Source: an uncultured delta proteobacterium (GTDB lineage: Bacteria; Desulfobacterota; RBG-13-43-22). Taken from it: DNA of 64,000 nt. Location: assembly GCA_963790475.1 (NCBI GenBank), contig CAWBOS010000006.1, positions 480,001 to 544,000 of the forward strand, written 5' to 3'. Both the position numbers and the translations under genes were made by a program. How positions within the stretch are numbered: the stretch's first letter is position 1; each line of letters starts with the position of its first letter. This document shows positions 33,079 to 43,005 of this stretch, one piece after another. The notes beneath the pieces are model-generated. The model was not told the origin of the DNA. It saw only the letters and a list, made by a program, of their open reading frames with translations, and did no database searches.

Positions 33079-33444
33079 ATGGCAAAGCTTACCGAAGAGG
33101 CAAAGAAGGTAATCGGAGAAATCCGTCCATCACTTGTGGCTACAGCAAGTAAGACTGGCAAGCCCAATGTCTCGGCAAAGGGCTCGCTACGCGTTCTGGA
33201 TGATGAACATGTTCTATTTGCTGACGTTGCTTCCCCACGCACCATCGCCAATATAAAAGAGAATCCCCAGGTTGCTGTCATTTGTCTGGATGCTGCAACG
33301 CGTAAGGGCTGCCGCATCTGGGGAAAGGGTGAAATACTCAACTCGGGCGAACTCTTCGACAAGACTGTAGCCGAGCTTGCCAACAGAAAAATGAAGGTAA
33401 GAAACGTAGTGAAGGTGACTGTGGAAGAGGTTGAGACATTCTAA
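33079..33444 (+). CDS. pyridoxamine 5'-phosphate oxidase-like FMN-binding protein
   Basis: VATASKTGKPNVSAKG, TIANIKENPQV. Confidence 0.9.
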   Translation: MAKLTEEAKKVIGEIRPSLVATASKTGKPNVSAKGSLRVLDDEHVLFADVASPRTIANIKENPQVAVICLDAATRKGCRIWGKGEILNSGELFDKTVAELANRKMKVRNVVKVTVEEVETF

Positions 33445-33886
33445 GCAGATTGTAACTTTTCGGGGGGAAAGTCACCCCCCAATAGACGAAACTGCATCGG
33501 AATTACTTAGTACTATTTTGTCGAAAAAGAGGCGGGGTAGTTTTAAGGTTCTTTAGTTACTAATTGATGGAGACGGCGGACAAAATGATGATTTTTCTCA
33601 ATACTCCGGAACTAACTGAAATTATACATTATATGTCTTGTTAAAAAAAATTTACTCACCAACCCTAATCACATGACAATTTTGATCCAGTGAGACCCTC
33701 ACTATCCCCAACCCATTTAGCTCCTTCGCATAAAGTATAAGCAGTGGATTATTGTATTCAACCATTAACGAAAAACCCAATTCACAGTTTGGTTCACAAT
33801 CAGGGTAAATGTATAGTTTTAAGTTAGAGACGAGAATTTGATGGAAATAACGAAGGTCAAAATAAATATAAAATACAATCAGATAA

Positions 33887-33956
33887 GTCATGGCGGAAGT
33901 GCATGGGAATCGAACTCACCTGCCGCCCTCTTCAGACGGCACACCGGATTTGAAGT
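33887..33956 (-). repeat. 70-bp duplication of the tRNA-Sec 3' part (att site)
   Basis: Matches 40117-40186 with one mismatch (CGAACTC vs CGAACCC); ends at the anticodon loop. Confidence 0.95.
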
Positions 33957-34248
33957 TTTAGCACCCCTTTTTTAAATTCCTAAATAACTGAATTTACAAA
34001 GTATTAAAAAATACTAGTGGATAGTTTTGCTCTGATTTTACCTGGTTTACCCATTAACCCCTCCCACAACCTCCCCAGAAAAAGGGAAGATAGGTTCGCC
34101 TAATGGATATCACTATTACGACCAAATTTCTATAATAACTTTCCATAAATTACAACCCTCTGTAAGGGGTTTTCCATTAACTGGAATTTTAAGCCTTTTA
34201 AAGAAACCTTGTTTTATATAACCCATTGAATGAAGGGAATATATTATT

Positions 34249-34265
34249 TTGGCATGGGTTATGCT
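34249..34265 (+). promoter_or_regulatory. sigma54 -24/-12 promoter
   Basis: TTGGCATGGGTTATGCT = GG-N10-GC, upstream of 34340. Confidence 0.7.
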
Positions 34266-34339
34266 TTATAATAGGATGAGATCATTTTTATAAGTCTTAA
34301 AAACTTTTCGATACTTTATTAAAAGGGAGGTGAATCGAT

Positions 34340-34567
34340 ATGAAAAAGATGATTATGTTGGTTATGGCCATGGTTTTCGCAATGACCGTTTCCTTTGCTT
34401 TCGCGGCTGATGATACTACTACCCCGGCCCCAGAAAAAAAGGCCGAAGAAAAGGCCCCGATGAAGAAAAAGGTGGTAAAGAAAAAAAAGATGGTAAAGAA
34501 AGCCAAGAAGGCCGCTCCTAAGGAGGAAGCTCCTGCGGCTCCGGCGGCTCCGGCGGAAAAGAAGTAA
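34340..34567 (+). CDS. small secreted Lys/Ala/Pro-rich protein
   Basis: GGAGGTG RBS, signal peptide ending AFA, low-complexity basic mature part. Confidence 0.8.
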   Translation: MKKMIMLVMAMVFAMTVSFAFAADDTTTPAPEKKAEEKAPMKKKVVKKKKMVKKAKKAAPKEEAPAAPAAPAEKK

Positions 34568-34585
34568 TTTTTTTCCCAATAAAAC

Positions 34586-34619
34586 AAGAGGGGGGATTTT
34601 AAACTAATCCCCCTTTTTT
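34586..34619 (+). terminator. intrinsic terminator
   Basis: AGGGGGATT..AATCCCCT followed by a T-run. Confidence 0.7.
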
Positions 34620-34802
34620 ATTTCCCCTCCTTACAACCCTATCTTTTAACACCCCTTTAGATTTTTCGTTTTTTAATCTCCAGAAATCCCCTCAACTTTT
34701 AAGCTTCAGGCCATCCCTTATCCTGTTGATATTGCCTTGTCTTCTCAAATTGGTAGAATGTGGTATTATTATAAGTAGTTATAATCTATATAAAAAACAA
34801 AA

Positions 34803-35141
34803 ATGAAAGGACCTCAAATACGCCAACTATTTTGGGGATTTTTAAGGAATTCAGATTTCCAAAAAACAAACTTCAATTCAAATAAGTCAGGATTTTTTCG
34901 TTTGACCATTTTCTTCTCAATCTTATTGGAAAGTTTTTTGTTTGTGAAGGGAGCCAGCGCGGCGACCTATTACGTGGATAATTCCTGCACGGCTCATAAT
35001 GGAAATGGTTCTTGCAATGGAACTGATCCTAATTGCCAATGTGCCGGAAGCGATAATGGAGACGGGCCTTTCAACTCCATTGCCAATATGCAAGCCTCTC
35101 GGCGATATTCAGCCGCTGTGAACAAACATCACCAAAGTTGA
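34803..35141 (+). pseudogene. N-terminal remnant of a large secreted beta-helix-type protein
   Basis: ASAATYYVD..G.G..DGPFNSIA, then abrupt truncation. Confidence 0.5.
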
Positions 35142-35155
35142 AGCGGAGAGGATTT

Positions 35156-35638
35156 ATGCCAGAATCTATCATTACAGGGATTTTCACCCTTCTTGGTATT
35201 ATCATCGGCAGTTTTATTGGATATATGACCGCCATAAGAATCTCCGATCGGAAAGAATTCCAAAAAGCCGCCCTTGATTTTCATGATGCTTTTCTCGATT
35301 CCCTGATGAGTCTCGATGATAGGTATCACCGTGAGGAAAATACCGAGACAAATGTCTGTACAATTCTTAGTAGAGATTTCGCTAAACAAGTGAGGGCCAT
35401 GTTGAGATTTCAGATTTTTCTGTCGGCTGATCAAAGAAAAGTCTTCGATAAAGCATGGCACGAATATTGTCATTATGACGTAAATGGTGGACCATCATTT
35501 CCGTTTCTTGAACAATATTTTGAAGACTCCTTGGATGGCCAACCAACTAATAAATTGGCACTTAGTCGCATTAGAAAACTTATGACATTTGTCGAATCGG
35601 CGAATAAGTCCCATTTTGACATCAAAAGAAAAAGCTAA
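35156..35638 (+). CDS. hypothetical protein with N-terminal TM anchor
   Basis: GAGG RBS; single TM segment followed by a helical domain. Confidence 0.7.
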   Translation: MPESIITGIFTLLGIIIGSFIGYMTAIRISDRKEFQKAALDFHDAFLDSLMSLDDRYHREENTETNVCTILSRDFAKQVRAMLRFQIFLSADQRKVFDKAWHEYCHYDVNGGPSFPFLEQYFEDSLDGQPTNKLALSRIRKLMTFVESANKSHFDIKRKS

Positions 35639-35738
35639 AAAACTGTCCTTGAAGAAAAATAGATATTTAAAACAATAGCAAGTTTATTATGCAGGATTAG
35701 CTGATCGTCAAAAAAAGATTGTATCAGCATAAAAAATA

Positions 35739-36266
35739 ATGTTAGGAGACACACCCTTCAACCTTCAAACCATCCAAATTGCAGTAGCCATCGTCATTGG
35801 CCTTCTCACTATTCTCAGCACTATTTTCGGGTGGTTTGGAAAAGTTTTGCGTTGGGTTTCTTCAGCATTCAAGTCCAAGCCGCCTGTTGGCATTATTGAT
35901 GTTCCAAAAAAGACAATGGTCCTTATCCCTGAGTCAAGGCAGAATGCACTTTGGTGGCATATGGGCTCAAAGGTTGATCAGCCAATAATGCAAATTGTCG
36001 GTGACCTAACCGTTACAAATATCTCAAAATACGGTGTCTTTATTGCGGGTGCCAAACTTAGGAAACCCAAAACGGTAGGTCATGCATCTGTAAGAGGGCA
36101 AAATTCAAATATGATTCCGCAAGGGGGCGTCAGCGGCCTTCGCTTTCTCTTTTTCGTCCAGCCACCCAGATGCGAGAAGGGGGAAACGTTTAGGGCGGAT
36201 GTTGCCATCATTGATCAATTCGGGAATAAGCATTGGTTGAAAAGGCTGGAGTTTCCGTATATATAA
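35739..36266 (+). CDS. hypothetical protein with N-terminal TM anchor and beta-rich domain
   Basis: 175-aa ORF followed by an ACCTAAC attC-like start. Confidence 0.65.
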   Translation: MLGDTPFNLQTIQIAVAIVIGLLTILSTIFGWFGKVLRWVSSAFKSKPPVGIIDVPKKTMVLIPESRQNALWWHMGSKVDQPIMQIVGDLTVTNISKYGVFIAGAKLRKPKTVGHASVRGQNSNMIPQGGVSGLRFLFFVQPPRCEKGETFRADVAIIDQFGNKHWLKRLEFPYI

Positions 36267-36574
36267 TGGTCTCGGCACCTAACTATTTGTTCCAGGGACC
36301 GCCGAGAAGCACAGTTTCTCAGTTTCCGCTCCGCTTTAAACCAATCCAGAATTAATTCTTTGAATTTTTCCCTCAATATAAAACTTGGAAATCAATTCTT
36401 GCGCTATTTTTCCGGAAGAGAGATTTCAATTTTATTGCCAAACTACAAAGTCTTTTATCCGAAAAGCAGAGTCTCTCATGCCCAAAATTGAAAAATTAAT
36501 AGATGAAGGAAAATTGACAATCGATGATTTTAACTGTCCAGCATTAGAATTAATAGAGGATATTCCCTAATTTT

Positions 36575-36802
36575 TCATAGAAAAGCAATCTTCTGAATTC
36601 GGTCTTCCATTAATAACTTTATCTTTAAGGGACCCGGAAATCCCTTAAAACTCAATTGTCCAAACGTCCCCGCCGACTCAATCATTAAATCCCCAAATCC
36701 AAGAATCCTTCCCCAAATCTCAATCTCAATCGTCAAGTCCTGTATTTTATATAACCAAACAGAAACAAACCATTTTCCAATAATACCCCTTTCCTTGATC
36801 AC
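36575..36802 (-). pseudogene. bacterial PH-domain protein fragment
   Basis: KIQDL..WGRILGFGDLMIESAG; N-terminus missing. Confidence 0.6.
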
Positions 36803-36899
36803 CCGGGGGTAGTTGACAGGAACCTTTCCTATCTACTAAAATAAGAAGAGCGGAAGCCTGTAAGGGTAGCATCCGGCAAAACAAAAGGAGGAGCAAAAA

Positions 36900-37052
36900 A
36901 TGGCAAAAATAGTAAAAACCATCAGGGCAGTCTCAAGATCCCCAAAACAAAAGGACGTGTTAGAGAGCACTGCTGGCGGATGGAAGGGGCTGGTCAATGC
37001 CGAAAAACTGAAAAGAAATATTTACGCCGACCGACTGAATCGGCCAGTTTAA
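36900..37052 (+). CDS. short antitoxin-like ORF (AF2212/DUF104-like), probably internally deleted
   Basis: AGGAGG RBS; MAKIVKTIRAV..TAGGWKGLVNAEKLKRNIYADRL. Confidence 0.5.
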   Translation: MAKIVKTIRAVSRSPKQKDVLESTAGGWKGLVNAEKLKRNIYADRLNRPV

Positions 37053-37309
37053 GGAGGTCGGTTTTTTTAGCAAAGAATATCTCTCAAAATATGGGAAATG
37101 TGCCGGAATAAACGAATTATTTATAATCTATACAAAATTTTTAAAAATCCGACAAAAAACCTTCCGCAAGAGTCCATCTTTAACTTTCAAGAAATCGCTC
37201 ATAAACGTTTAACCTCATAAAATAATTATAGTTTTTTCATAATGCACTTATGGCCCAATTGTTGCATTTAAGTATGTGATAATATTGATTATACATCAGG
37301 AATCCAAAA

Positions 37310-38122
37310 ATGGTGTCATGCAAAATTTGTAGCGGGAGCGTTTCTGAGGGTATTCCTCTTTCCGATGGAGGGATGATCCATGATTCGTGTTTGGAATCTA
37401 TTAAAGGTAAGGAACTTAAAATTAAAAATGAGATATATGATCGAAGAGAAAATATAACAAGATTAAAGGGTGAAATTAAAAAACATGAAGGACTCATATT
37501 TAAAGTCATATCATTATTTTCAAAGCCTGAAATAAGTGTCGTTGATCTTGAAAAGAAAATCCGGATAATTGAGGAAAATATCAAACAGTTGACCAGCAGC
37601 TTGGCCTCCTTCCAAGCCAATTCCGCAAAACTCTACGATTACTTTCTAACATATCCCCCAGATTGGGAGGAGAGGAGGAGACAAGTAGAAGAAAGGGACA
37701 GCGATCAATGCTGCAAGTGCGGTAATTTGAGATATCTTCACTTGCACCATATAAAGTCTCTCTCTGAGGGCGGCAATAACAAGATCTCAAACTTGATGTT
37801 GCTTTGCGAGAAATGTCATTCAAAAAAACACGGTGGAAGAGATTTCTCCGGTGAGTTTAACCCTTCTGAAACAGCTTTTTCCAAACGCATAGCAAATATT
37901 CGCTATGCCATAGCAAATGGTAAGCAAATTACTTTTGGCTATAGAAAACCAGAAGAAAAAAGACATAAAAACAGAACTATTAAACCTGCTGAGATTATCA
38001 ATATTGATCATCATAGAGATAGCGGATCAACTCTTTGTGTTAGTGGTTATTGTTACCTTCGGAAAGCGGAGCGCATATTTGCATTAAAGTGAATGAGAGG
38101 CTTGAAAGTAATAGAGGCATAA
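37310..38122 (+). CDS. HNH endonuclease + C-terminal WYL-like domain; in-frame TGA at 38090
   Basis: CKIC..H..C, coiled coil, YPPDW, CCKC..LHLHH..GGNN..NLMLLCEKCHSKKH; ITFGY..RTIKP..GYCYLRKAERIFALK*MRGLKVIEA. Confidence 0.8.
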
Positions 38123-38192
38123 CCACTTCATAAATTTTGATTGATAATTCCGCTATGCTCCACTTTTCGCGCAATTATATGGAGCGTTAGAC
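38117..38192 (+). other. integron attC site
   Basis: GCATAAC..GTTAGAC cores; CTTCATAAATT pairs with AATTATATGGAG with one extra base; upstream stop lies in the R'' core and the next gene starts 17 bp later. Confidence 0.7.
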
Positions 38193-38208
38193 GACTAGGG
38201 AGAACGAA

Positions 38209-38691
38209 ATGGCAGAGTATAATATTGGGTTCAGTGAGAAACTCATTGAGGCCGCTATAGCAGTGGCTGGGGAAGACTTCAACGACATCGATGCAGTCCG
38301 TACAGTTTTATACCTCAGCTCGCTTGCCTCGGAAATTGCACTGAAGGCTTTGCTTGAAAAAGCCGGGATACCCATCAAGAAGATCAGGGCACGCGGTCAT
38401 AGTCTGAGTGGTCTTTTGACCGATCTCGGTAAGTGCCAGATCCATGCTAAAGTCACAGCGGGTTCGCACACTTGGGTCTCCGCGACGCGACTTCGCTCCA
38501 AGGTTGTTGACAGTCGGTATTCTAACGCAACAGTGGGCACACTCCTTACAGGAGAGGAACGCGGCGCATCAAAATATCCGAGTGAATTGCGTTACGGAGA
38601 CCACTTGAAAGATTACCCACCCGAATTTAAAATGAGAGCAAGTAAAGCAGTCATCGACTTTGTAAAAAAACACTGGGAGGAAATTCGTTGA
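38209..38691 (+). CDS. HEPN-like domain cassette protein
   Basis: ASEIALKALL..GHSLSGLL..LRY pattern. Confidence 0.7.
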   Translation: MAEYNIGFSEKLIEAAIAVAGEDFNDIDAVRTVLYLSSLASEIALKALLEKAGIPIKKIRARGHSLSGLLTDLGKCQIHAKVTAGSHTWVSATRLRSKVVDSRYSNATVGTLLTGEERGASKYPSELRYGDHLKDYPPEFKMRASKAVIDFVKKHWEEIR

Positions 38692-38848
38692 CAGCACCGG
38701 TGCGATCTGTGAAATGGTGGGGAATTATTCCCTCCCTATATAGTTTTTATCTCAGCCAGCCTAAACGGGTTGGCTTTTTTTAGCGATAGAATTTATAAAT
38801 CCAGTTTTTAATAAATCTGAGTTTCTTCTTCAATCAATTCCTTAATCT

Positions 38849-39193
38849 TCATCGGCTCTGGAAATCCTTTCGGTTTTTTATTGTTTCTTTAGAAAACTTT
38901 TGTAGCAATCTTAATGTCCTTTGCAGAGTTTCCCTTAAGGGTATTTGTTCAGAAACGATAATTCCCCAATGGTCCTGCTGATTTTTGACATAAAAATTAT
39001 GGAGAATCACGAAGTCTTTTACATTAAAAGTAAACAGACATCTTTGGTCACGAACAGCAAAGGCGAGTTGTTCGGAATCGGATCGTCCTTTCCCGTCTAA
39101 TTCCTGGGCATGATAAACATCCTAACCCCTTTTCCGTAAGGCGTTGGCCAACCCCGAGTGTACATCTTCGTCAAGAAAGAGCTTAACCTTCAT
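38849..39193 (-). pseudogene. DUF5615 PIN-like toxin with an internal stop
   Basis: MKVKLFLDEDVH..LRKRG*DV..SDSEQL..TFNVKDF..HWGII. Confidence 0.8.
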
Positions 39194-39501
39194 CAGGGGA
39201 GATCAATTTGGTTGGGATGTGGAATTATTTGTTTCTTCCAATACTTTTCGTCTGAGGATTCACTTAGATCGGCATCTATTTCTGCCTGATGATCAAAATA
39301 ATAAGCAAGTGCACTATGAATCTGGGAGGATGTTAAATGATGGATCGTGTTTAAAATCTCATCAACCGTCATTCCCCTTTGATAATAGCCTGCAATAGTG
39401 CGGACAGTAATTCGAGTTCCCTCAATGACAGGTTTTCCCCCCGCTATTTTTGGATTAAACCCGATATAGGGGTAGGTTTGTTTTCTTAGTGGAACTCCCA
39501 T
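39193..39501 (-). CDS. DUF433 antitoxin
   Basis: NPKIAGGKPVIEGTRITV..ALAYY. Confidence 0.92.
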   Translation of the reverse strand: MGVPLRKQTYPYIGFNPKIAGGKPVIEGTRITVRTIAGYYQRGMTVDEILNTIHHLTSSQIHSALAYYFDHQAEIDADLSESSDEKYWKKQIIPHPNQIDLP

Positions 39502-39552
39502 AATACCTTCCTTTATTCAATAAAAATAATTAAAGTAGTTAGGGTCGCAATC

Positions 39553-39795
39553 TTAAATGATGACAATTAATCCACATCCCTGGCGAACACAGGCTCCGGC
39601 CTTTTGGGACATTATTCTTTTTCGGACCGTAATTGCCTCCTGTTCCTTGAGGATTTCAAAATTTCGCACCACCGAATCAATCGTTTTGTCGTCCTTAATA
39701 AACCCGTTGCGATGGAAGCCGGCCGTATACCGTTCAACTTTTTCGATGGCTTCCCAAAGGTCTTCGATCAAAAGATCAGCCGATCTATATGACAT
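39553..39795 (-). pseudogene. DUF86/HepT toxin, truncated
   Basis: DLWEAIEKVERY..DSVVRNFEI, then loss of similarity; no RxxxxH motif. Confidence 0.8.
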
Positions 39796-40078
39796 CTATC
39801 AAATCCTTTTGGATAACGTTCCAATATCTTGGTTTGATAGAGCGACTGGAAACGACATCTGTTCGAACCCCCAGGGTGATCTCTATTTCTTCGGCCAATT
39901 CTACACACCGGAGTCCAATGGCCGGATCCACCTCCACCATGATATCCACATCGCTTTCTTTGGCATAATCCCCCCTGGCATATGAGCCAAAGAGCGCCAG
40001 CCGGGAAATACCAAACCGTTTGGTCAGGTCTGGTTTATACTCTTTGAGAATATTAAGAATTTCTTCCCTGGTTTTCGT
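39785..40078 (-). pseudogene. MNT nucleotidyltransferase antitoxin, start codon ACG
   Basis: (T)KTREEIL..LFGSYARGD..SDVDIMVE..DVVS; open frame of 97 codons lacking an initiator ATG. Confidence 0.8.
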
Positions 40079-40120
40079 AAGTGGATCAACTTCTTAGAAG
40101 ACTTTGGATTCTCGGTGTCA

Positions 40121-40218
40121 TGGCGGAAGTGCATGGGAATCGAACCCACCTGCCGCCCTCTTCAGACGGCACACCGGATTTGAAGTCCGGGAGCCCCACC
40201 AGTGAGCTTTCCACTTCC
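40121..40218 (-). tRNA. selC: tRNA-Sec (UCA)
   Basis: GGAAGTG/CACTTCC acceptor stem plus GCCA; anticodon loop CTTCAAA; long variable arm; GGTTCGATTCC; 98 nt. Confidence 0.95.
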
Positions 40219-40226
40219 GTAAAAAG

Positions 40227-40255
40227 AATATAAAATATCCAATCGGAATAGTCAA
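40227..40255 (-). promoter_or_regulatory. sigma70 promoter of selC
   Basis: TTGACT-17 bp-TATATT. Confidence 0.7.
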
Positions 40256-40445
40256 GCTGCGCTTTTTCACCAAAAATGGATAGGTTTATGCTATATTTAA
40301 ATAAATCATCGCCTTAAGTTCCATGCATGCTGACCAGGATTTCAGAAAGCATGAAAATTAATCTGATATCGACCATAGGCTATGGGTTGGAAGATCTTCT
40401 CCAACCTTATTGCCTATTGCCTCGTGCCTATCGCCTGGATTTTCT

Positions 40446-41417
40446 ATGAAACTGGGATCTCAAACCATAACTTTTCCCTATGTAATGGCCCCCATGGCCG
40501 GGTATACGGACCTGCCTTTCCGTTTACTGGTTCGGAAGTTAGGCTGCGAACTGGCCTATACCGAAATGGTCAGCGCTGAAGGATTGGTTCGACATATCCC
40601 CTTAACCTGGTCAATCCTCAAAACCGTTCCGGAGGACCACCCCTTATCGGTTCAGCTGTTCGGTTCCAACCCGGAAGTCATGGCTCAGGCCGCTGTTCTG
40701 GCCGGAGAGGCCGGGGCCGATATTATCGATATCAATATGGGCTGTTCGGTAAAGAAGGTCGCCAAATCCGGCTCGGGAGCGGCTTTACTGAAGGATTTGA
40801 AAAAAGCGGAACAGTTGATAAAAGCCGTCAGGAAGGCTACCCCTCTTCCCCTGACCATCAAGATACGTTCCGGCTGGAAGGAGGGGGAGTTCACCTACCG
40901 GACCATGGCCCAAATCGCTGAGGACTCCGGGGTGGACGCTCTGGTCATCCATCCCCGTTATGCGGTTCAGGGTTTTTCCGGTCAGGCGGACTGGCGGGTT
41001 GTGGCGGAAATCAAGGCGATGGTGCGGATTCCGGTCTTGGGCAGCGGAGATATCTCCACCCCGAAACAAGCCCTGGAACTCAAAAAGCAAACCCATTGCG
41101 ATGGCGTTATGATCGGCCGGAAAGCCTTAAGGGCCCCCTGGATCTTTAAACAGATCAAGGAAATGGAGGCCGGTGGCCCTCCCACCACTCCCGACCCCAC
41201 GGAAAGGCGGGGTTGGCTGGTTTCATATTGGCAATGGATTGAAGAAAATTATCAGGGACCGGCCCAAATCAAAGCCTTGCGCCGGACCTTATTCGTCCTG
41301 ACCCGGGGACTGCGGGCCTCGGGCGAGTTCAGACAAAACGTGGCCCTGGCTCCGACTAAGGAACGGTTAAGGGGCCTTTTTGAAGAATATTTTGATTCCC
41401 TGTCTTCATTGGAGTAA
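40446..41417 (+). CDS. dusB: tRNA-dihydrouridine synthase
   Basis: MAPMAG, TEMVS, IDINMGC, TIKIRSGW, GVMIGR. Confidence 0.92.
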   Translation: MKLGSQTITFPYVMAPMAGYTDLPFRLLVRKLGCELAYTEMVSAEGLVRHIPLTWSILKTVPEDHPLSVQLFGSNPEVMAQAAVLAGEAGADIIDINMGCSVKKVAKSGSGAALLKDLKKAEQLIKAVRKATPLPLTIKIRSGWKEGEFTYRTMAQIAEDSGVDALVIHPRYAVQGFSGQADWRVVAEIKAMVRIPVLGSGDISTPKQALELKKQTHCDGVMIGRKALRAPWIFKQIKEMEAGGPPTTPDPTERRGWLVSYWQWIEENYQGPAQIKALRRTLFVLTRGLRASGEFRQNVALAPTKERLRGLFEEYFDSLSSLE

Positions 41418-41584
41418 AATTAACGCATAGTAAAACTTTAGGTGTTTGATAAAAGTATCTTTCACCGCAAAGCTTGCTATATTTTAGAAAGTAGTTAAGC
41501 CGTACAAAAAAGGCTATACTCTTTCTTGATTTGAGGTCCAATTTGCAAGTTGGTTAAACCCAAACCAAGGAAAGGAGTATAGCC

Positions 41585-42844
41585 ATGAATAAGATTGAAA
41601 CAAAAAAACTTAAGAAGGTCAATGAAAAAACCCTTATCGGTACCGTGGACATAGGCAAAACGACCAATATGGGATATGGCCGCTGTCCAGACCGGACGGA
41701 AATCAAACCTTTTGAGTTTTTCAATAATGATCAAGGATTTACGAAATTTTGGAATCGGATGGTTGAGGCCAAAGAGGCCAATCACTTGGAAGAAATCGTG
41801 GTTGGTTTTGAATCCACCGGGTCTTATGGAGAACCCTTGCAACATTTTCTGATGAAACGGCCGGTGACACTGGTTCAGGTTAATCCTATGCATACGAAGA
41901 AGTTGAAGGAAGTCCAGGGTAACTCGCCCAATAAGACGGATAGGAAAGATCCCAAAGTCATTGCGGATATTATTGAGCTGGGTCATGCCCTTACCGTGGT
42001 CATTCCCGAAGGCGCGGCAGCTGAACTTCGCCGACTGACCCATGCCAGGGAGAGAGCCATACGAAGACGAACGGGCCTTTTGAACCAGATTCAGGATTTG
42101 GTCTTTATTGTCTTCCCCGAGTTTCTGCAAGTGATGAAGAATATTAAAACCCGCAGTGCCCAATATCTGTTGCGGCATTATCCGTGCCCGGAAGATATTA
42201 TCCAATGTGGTCTTGGGACCTTGAGGGCCACGCTGAGACGGGTTAGCCGAGGGAAGCTGGATAAAGAGCGAGCCCCGGCCCTTTATGCGGCCGCTGGCCA
42301 TTCCGTAGGTCTTCAAGAAGGCCGCAAGGCGATTCTTTTTGAGATACGAGAACTTCTTTCTGAGATTGAATCTTCTGACCAGTTTATTGAGAAGGCGGAA
42401 CAGGAGATGGCGGCCCTTCTTCCCGAGATCCCCTATAGTCATTCGATTCTGTCCTTGAAAGGGATAGGAGAGGTTACCACCGCCGGACTGATTGGAGAAG
42501 TCGGGGATTTTCGTAAATTTCATACGCTGGCTGAAGTCCTGAAGTTGGCCGGACTGAACCTCTTTGAAATCAGTTCTGGAAGGCACCAAGGGAATCGTCA
42601 TATATCCAAAAGAGGCCGGTCGCTTCTTAGGAAAATCCTCTTTTTTGCCGCTATCAATACGGTTCGAAAAGGGGGAGTGATGCATACGGCCTATCAAAGG
42701 CATCTGGATCAAGGAATGCCCAAGATCAAGGCCCTGGTAGCCATTGCCCGGAAGCTTCTCGGTGTTATTTTTGCCTTGGTGCGTGATCATAACGAATATA
42801 TGGAAAATTATTCAAAAGGAGCAACGTTAAAACTGGCTGCTTAG
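41585..42844 (+). CDS. IS110 DEDD recombinase
   Basis: VDIGK, FESTG, VNP, KTDRKD, LKGIG..GEVGD, SSG, ISKRG..LR, ALVAIARKL. Confidence 0.96.
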   Translation: MNKIETKKLKKVNEKTLIGTVDIGKTTNMGYGRCPDRTEIKPFEFFNNDQGFTKFWNRMVEAKEANHLEEIVVGFESTGSYGEPLQHFLMKRPVTLVQVNPMHTKKLKEVQGNSPNKTDRKDPKVIADIIELGHALTVVIPEGAAAELRRLTHARERAIRRRTGLLNQIQDLVFIVFPEFLQVMKNIKTRSAQYLLRHYPCPEDIIQCGLGTLRATLRRVSRGKLDKERAPALYAAAGHSVGLQEGRKAILFEIRELLSEIESSDQFIEKAEQEMAALLPEIPYSHSILSLKGIGEVTTAGLIGEVGDFRKFHTLAEVLKLAGLNLFEISSGRHQGNRHISKRGRSLLRKILFFAAINTVRKGGVMHTAYQRHLDQGMPKIKALVAIARKLLGVIFALVRDHNEYMENYSKGATLKLAA

Positions 42845-42855
42845 ACCTTCTTAGC

Positions 42856-43005
42856 GTGTAAGCGGAGAGATTATCGTTTGCGGCATCTAAGGCGACTAAG
42901 TCGACCTTCTCGCAGAGCTTAAATAACTCTCCGCTTGCACCTTAACCCCAATAAAGCAAGGTTAGAGCTCTGTTGAGACTCTCAAATTACCAGAGTTGGG
43001 CAAGG
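42856..43005 (+). ncRNA. predicted bridge/seek RNA in the IS110 3' non-coding end
   Basis: Two stem-internal loop-stem modules whose loop strands match the target and the donor junction (see finding). Confidence 0.8.

Larger units (their letters stand above)
33887..40186. mobile_element. genomic island integrated at tRNA-Sec, no integrase visible
   Basis: Flanking direct repeats 6230 bp apart; AT-rich cargo of cassette-like, TA and decayed genes. Confidence 0.8.

Noticed and set aside
33887-33956. Second tRNA-Sec gene
   Set aside because: Lacks the 5' acceptor strand and D-arm, so it is an att copy
38090-38092. In-frame TGA near tRNA-Sec read as selenocysteine
   Set aside because: The position corresponds to Arg rather than Cys in the WYL pattern, and no convincing SECIS hairpin follows; a nonsense mutation is simpler
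41495-42790. 431-aa ORF antisense to the IS110 recombinase
   Set aside because: Shadow frame of a well-supported gene; no recognisable motifs
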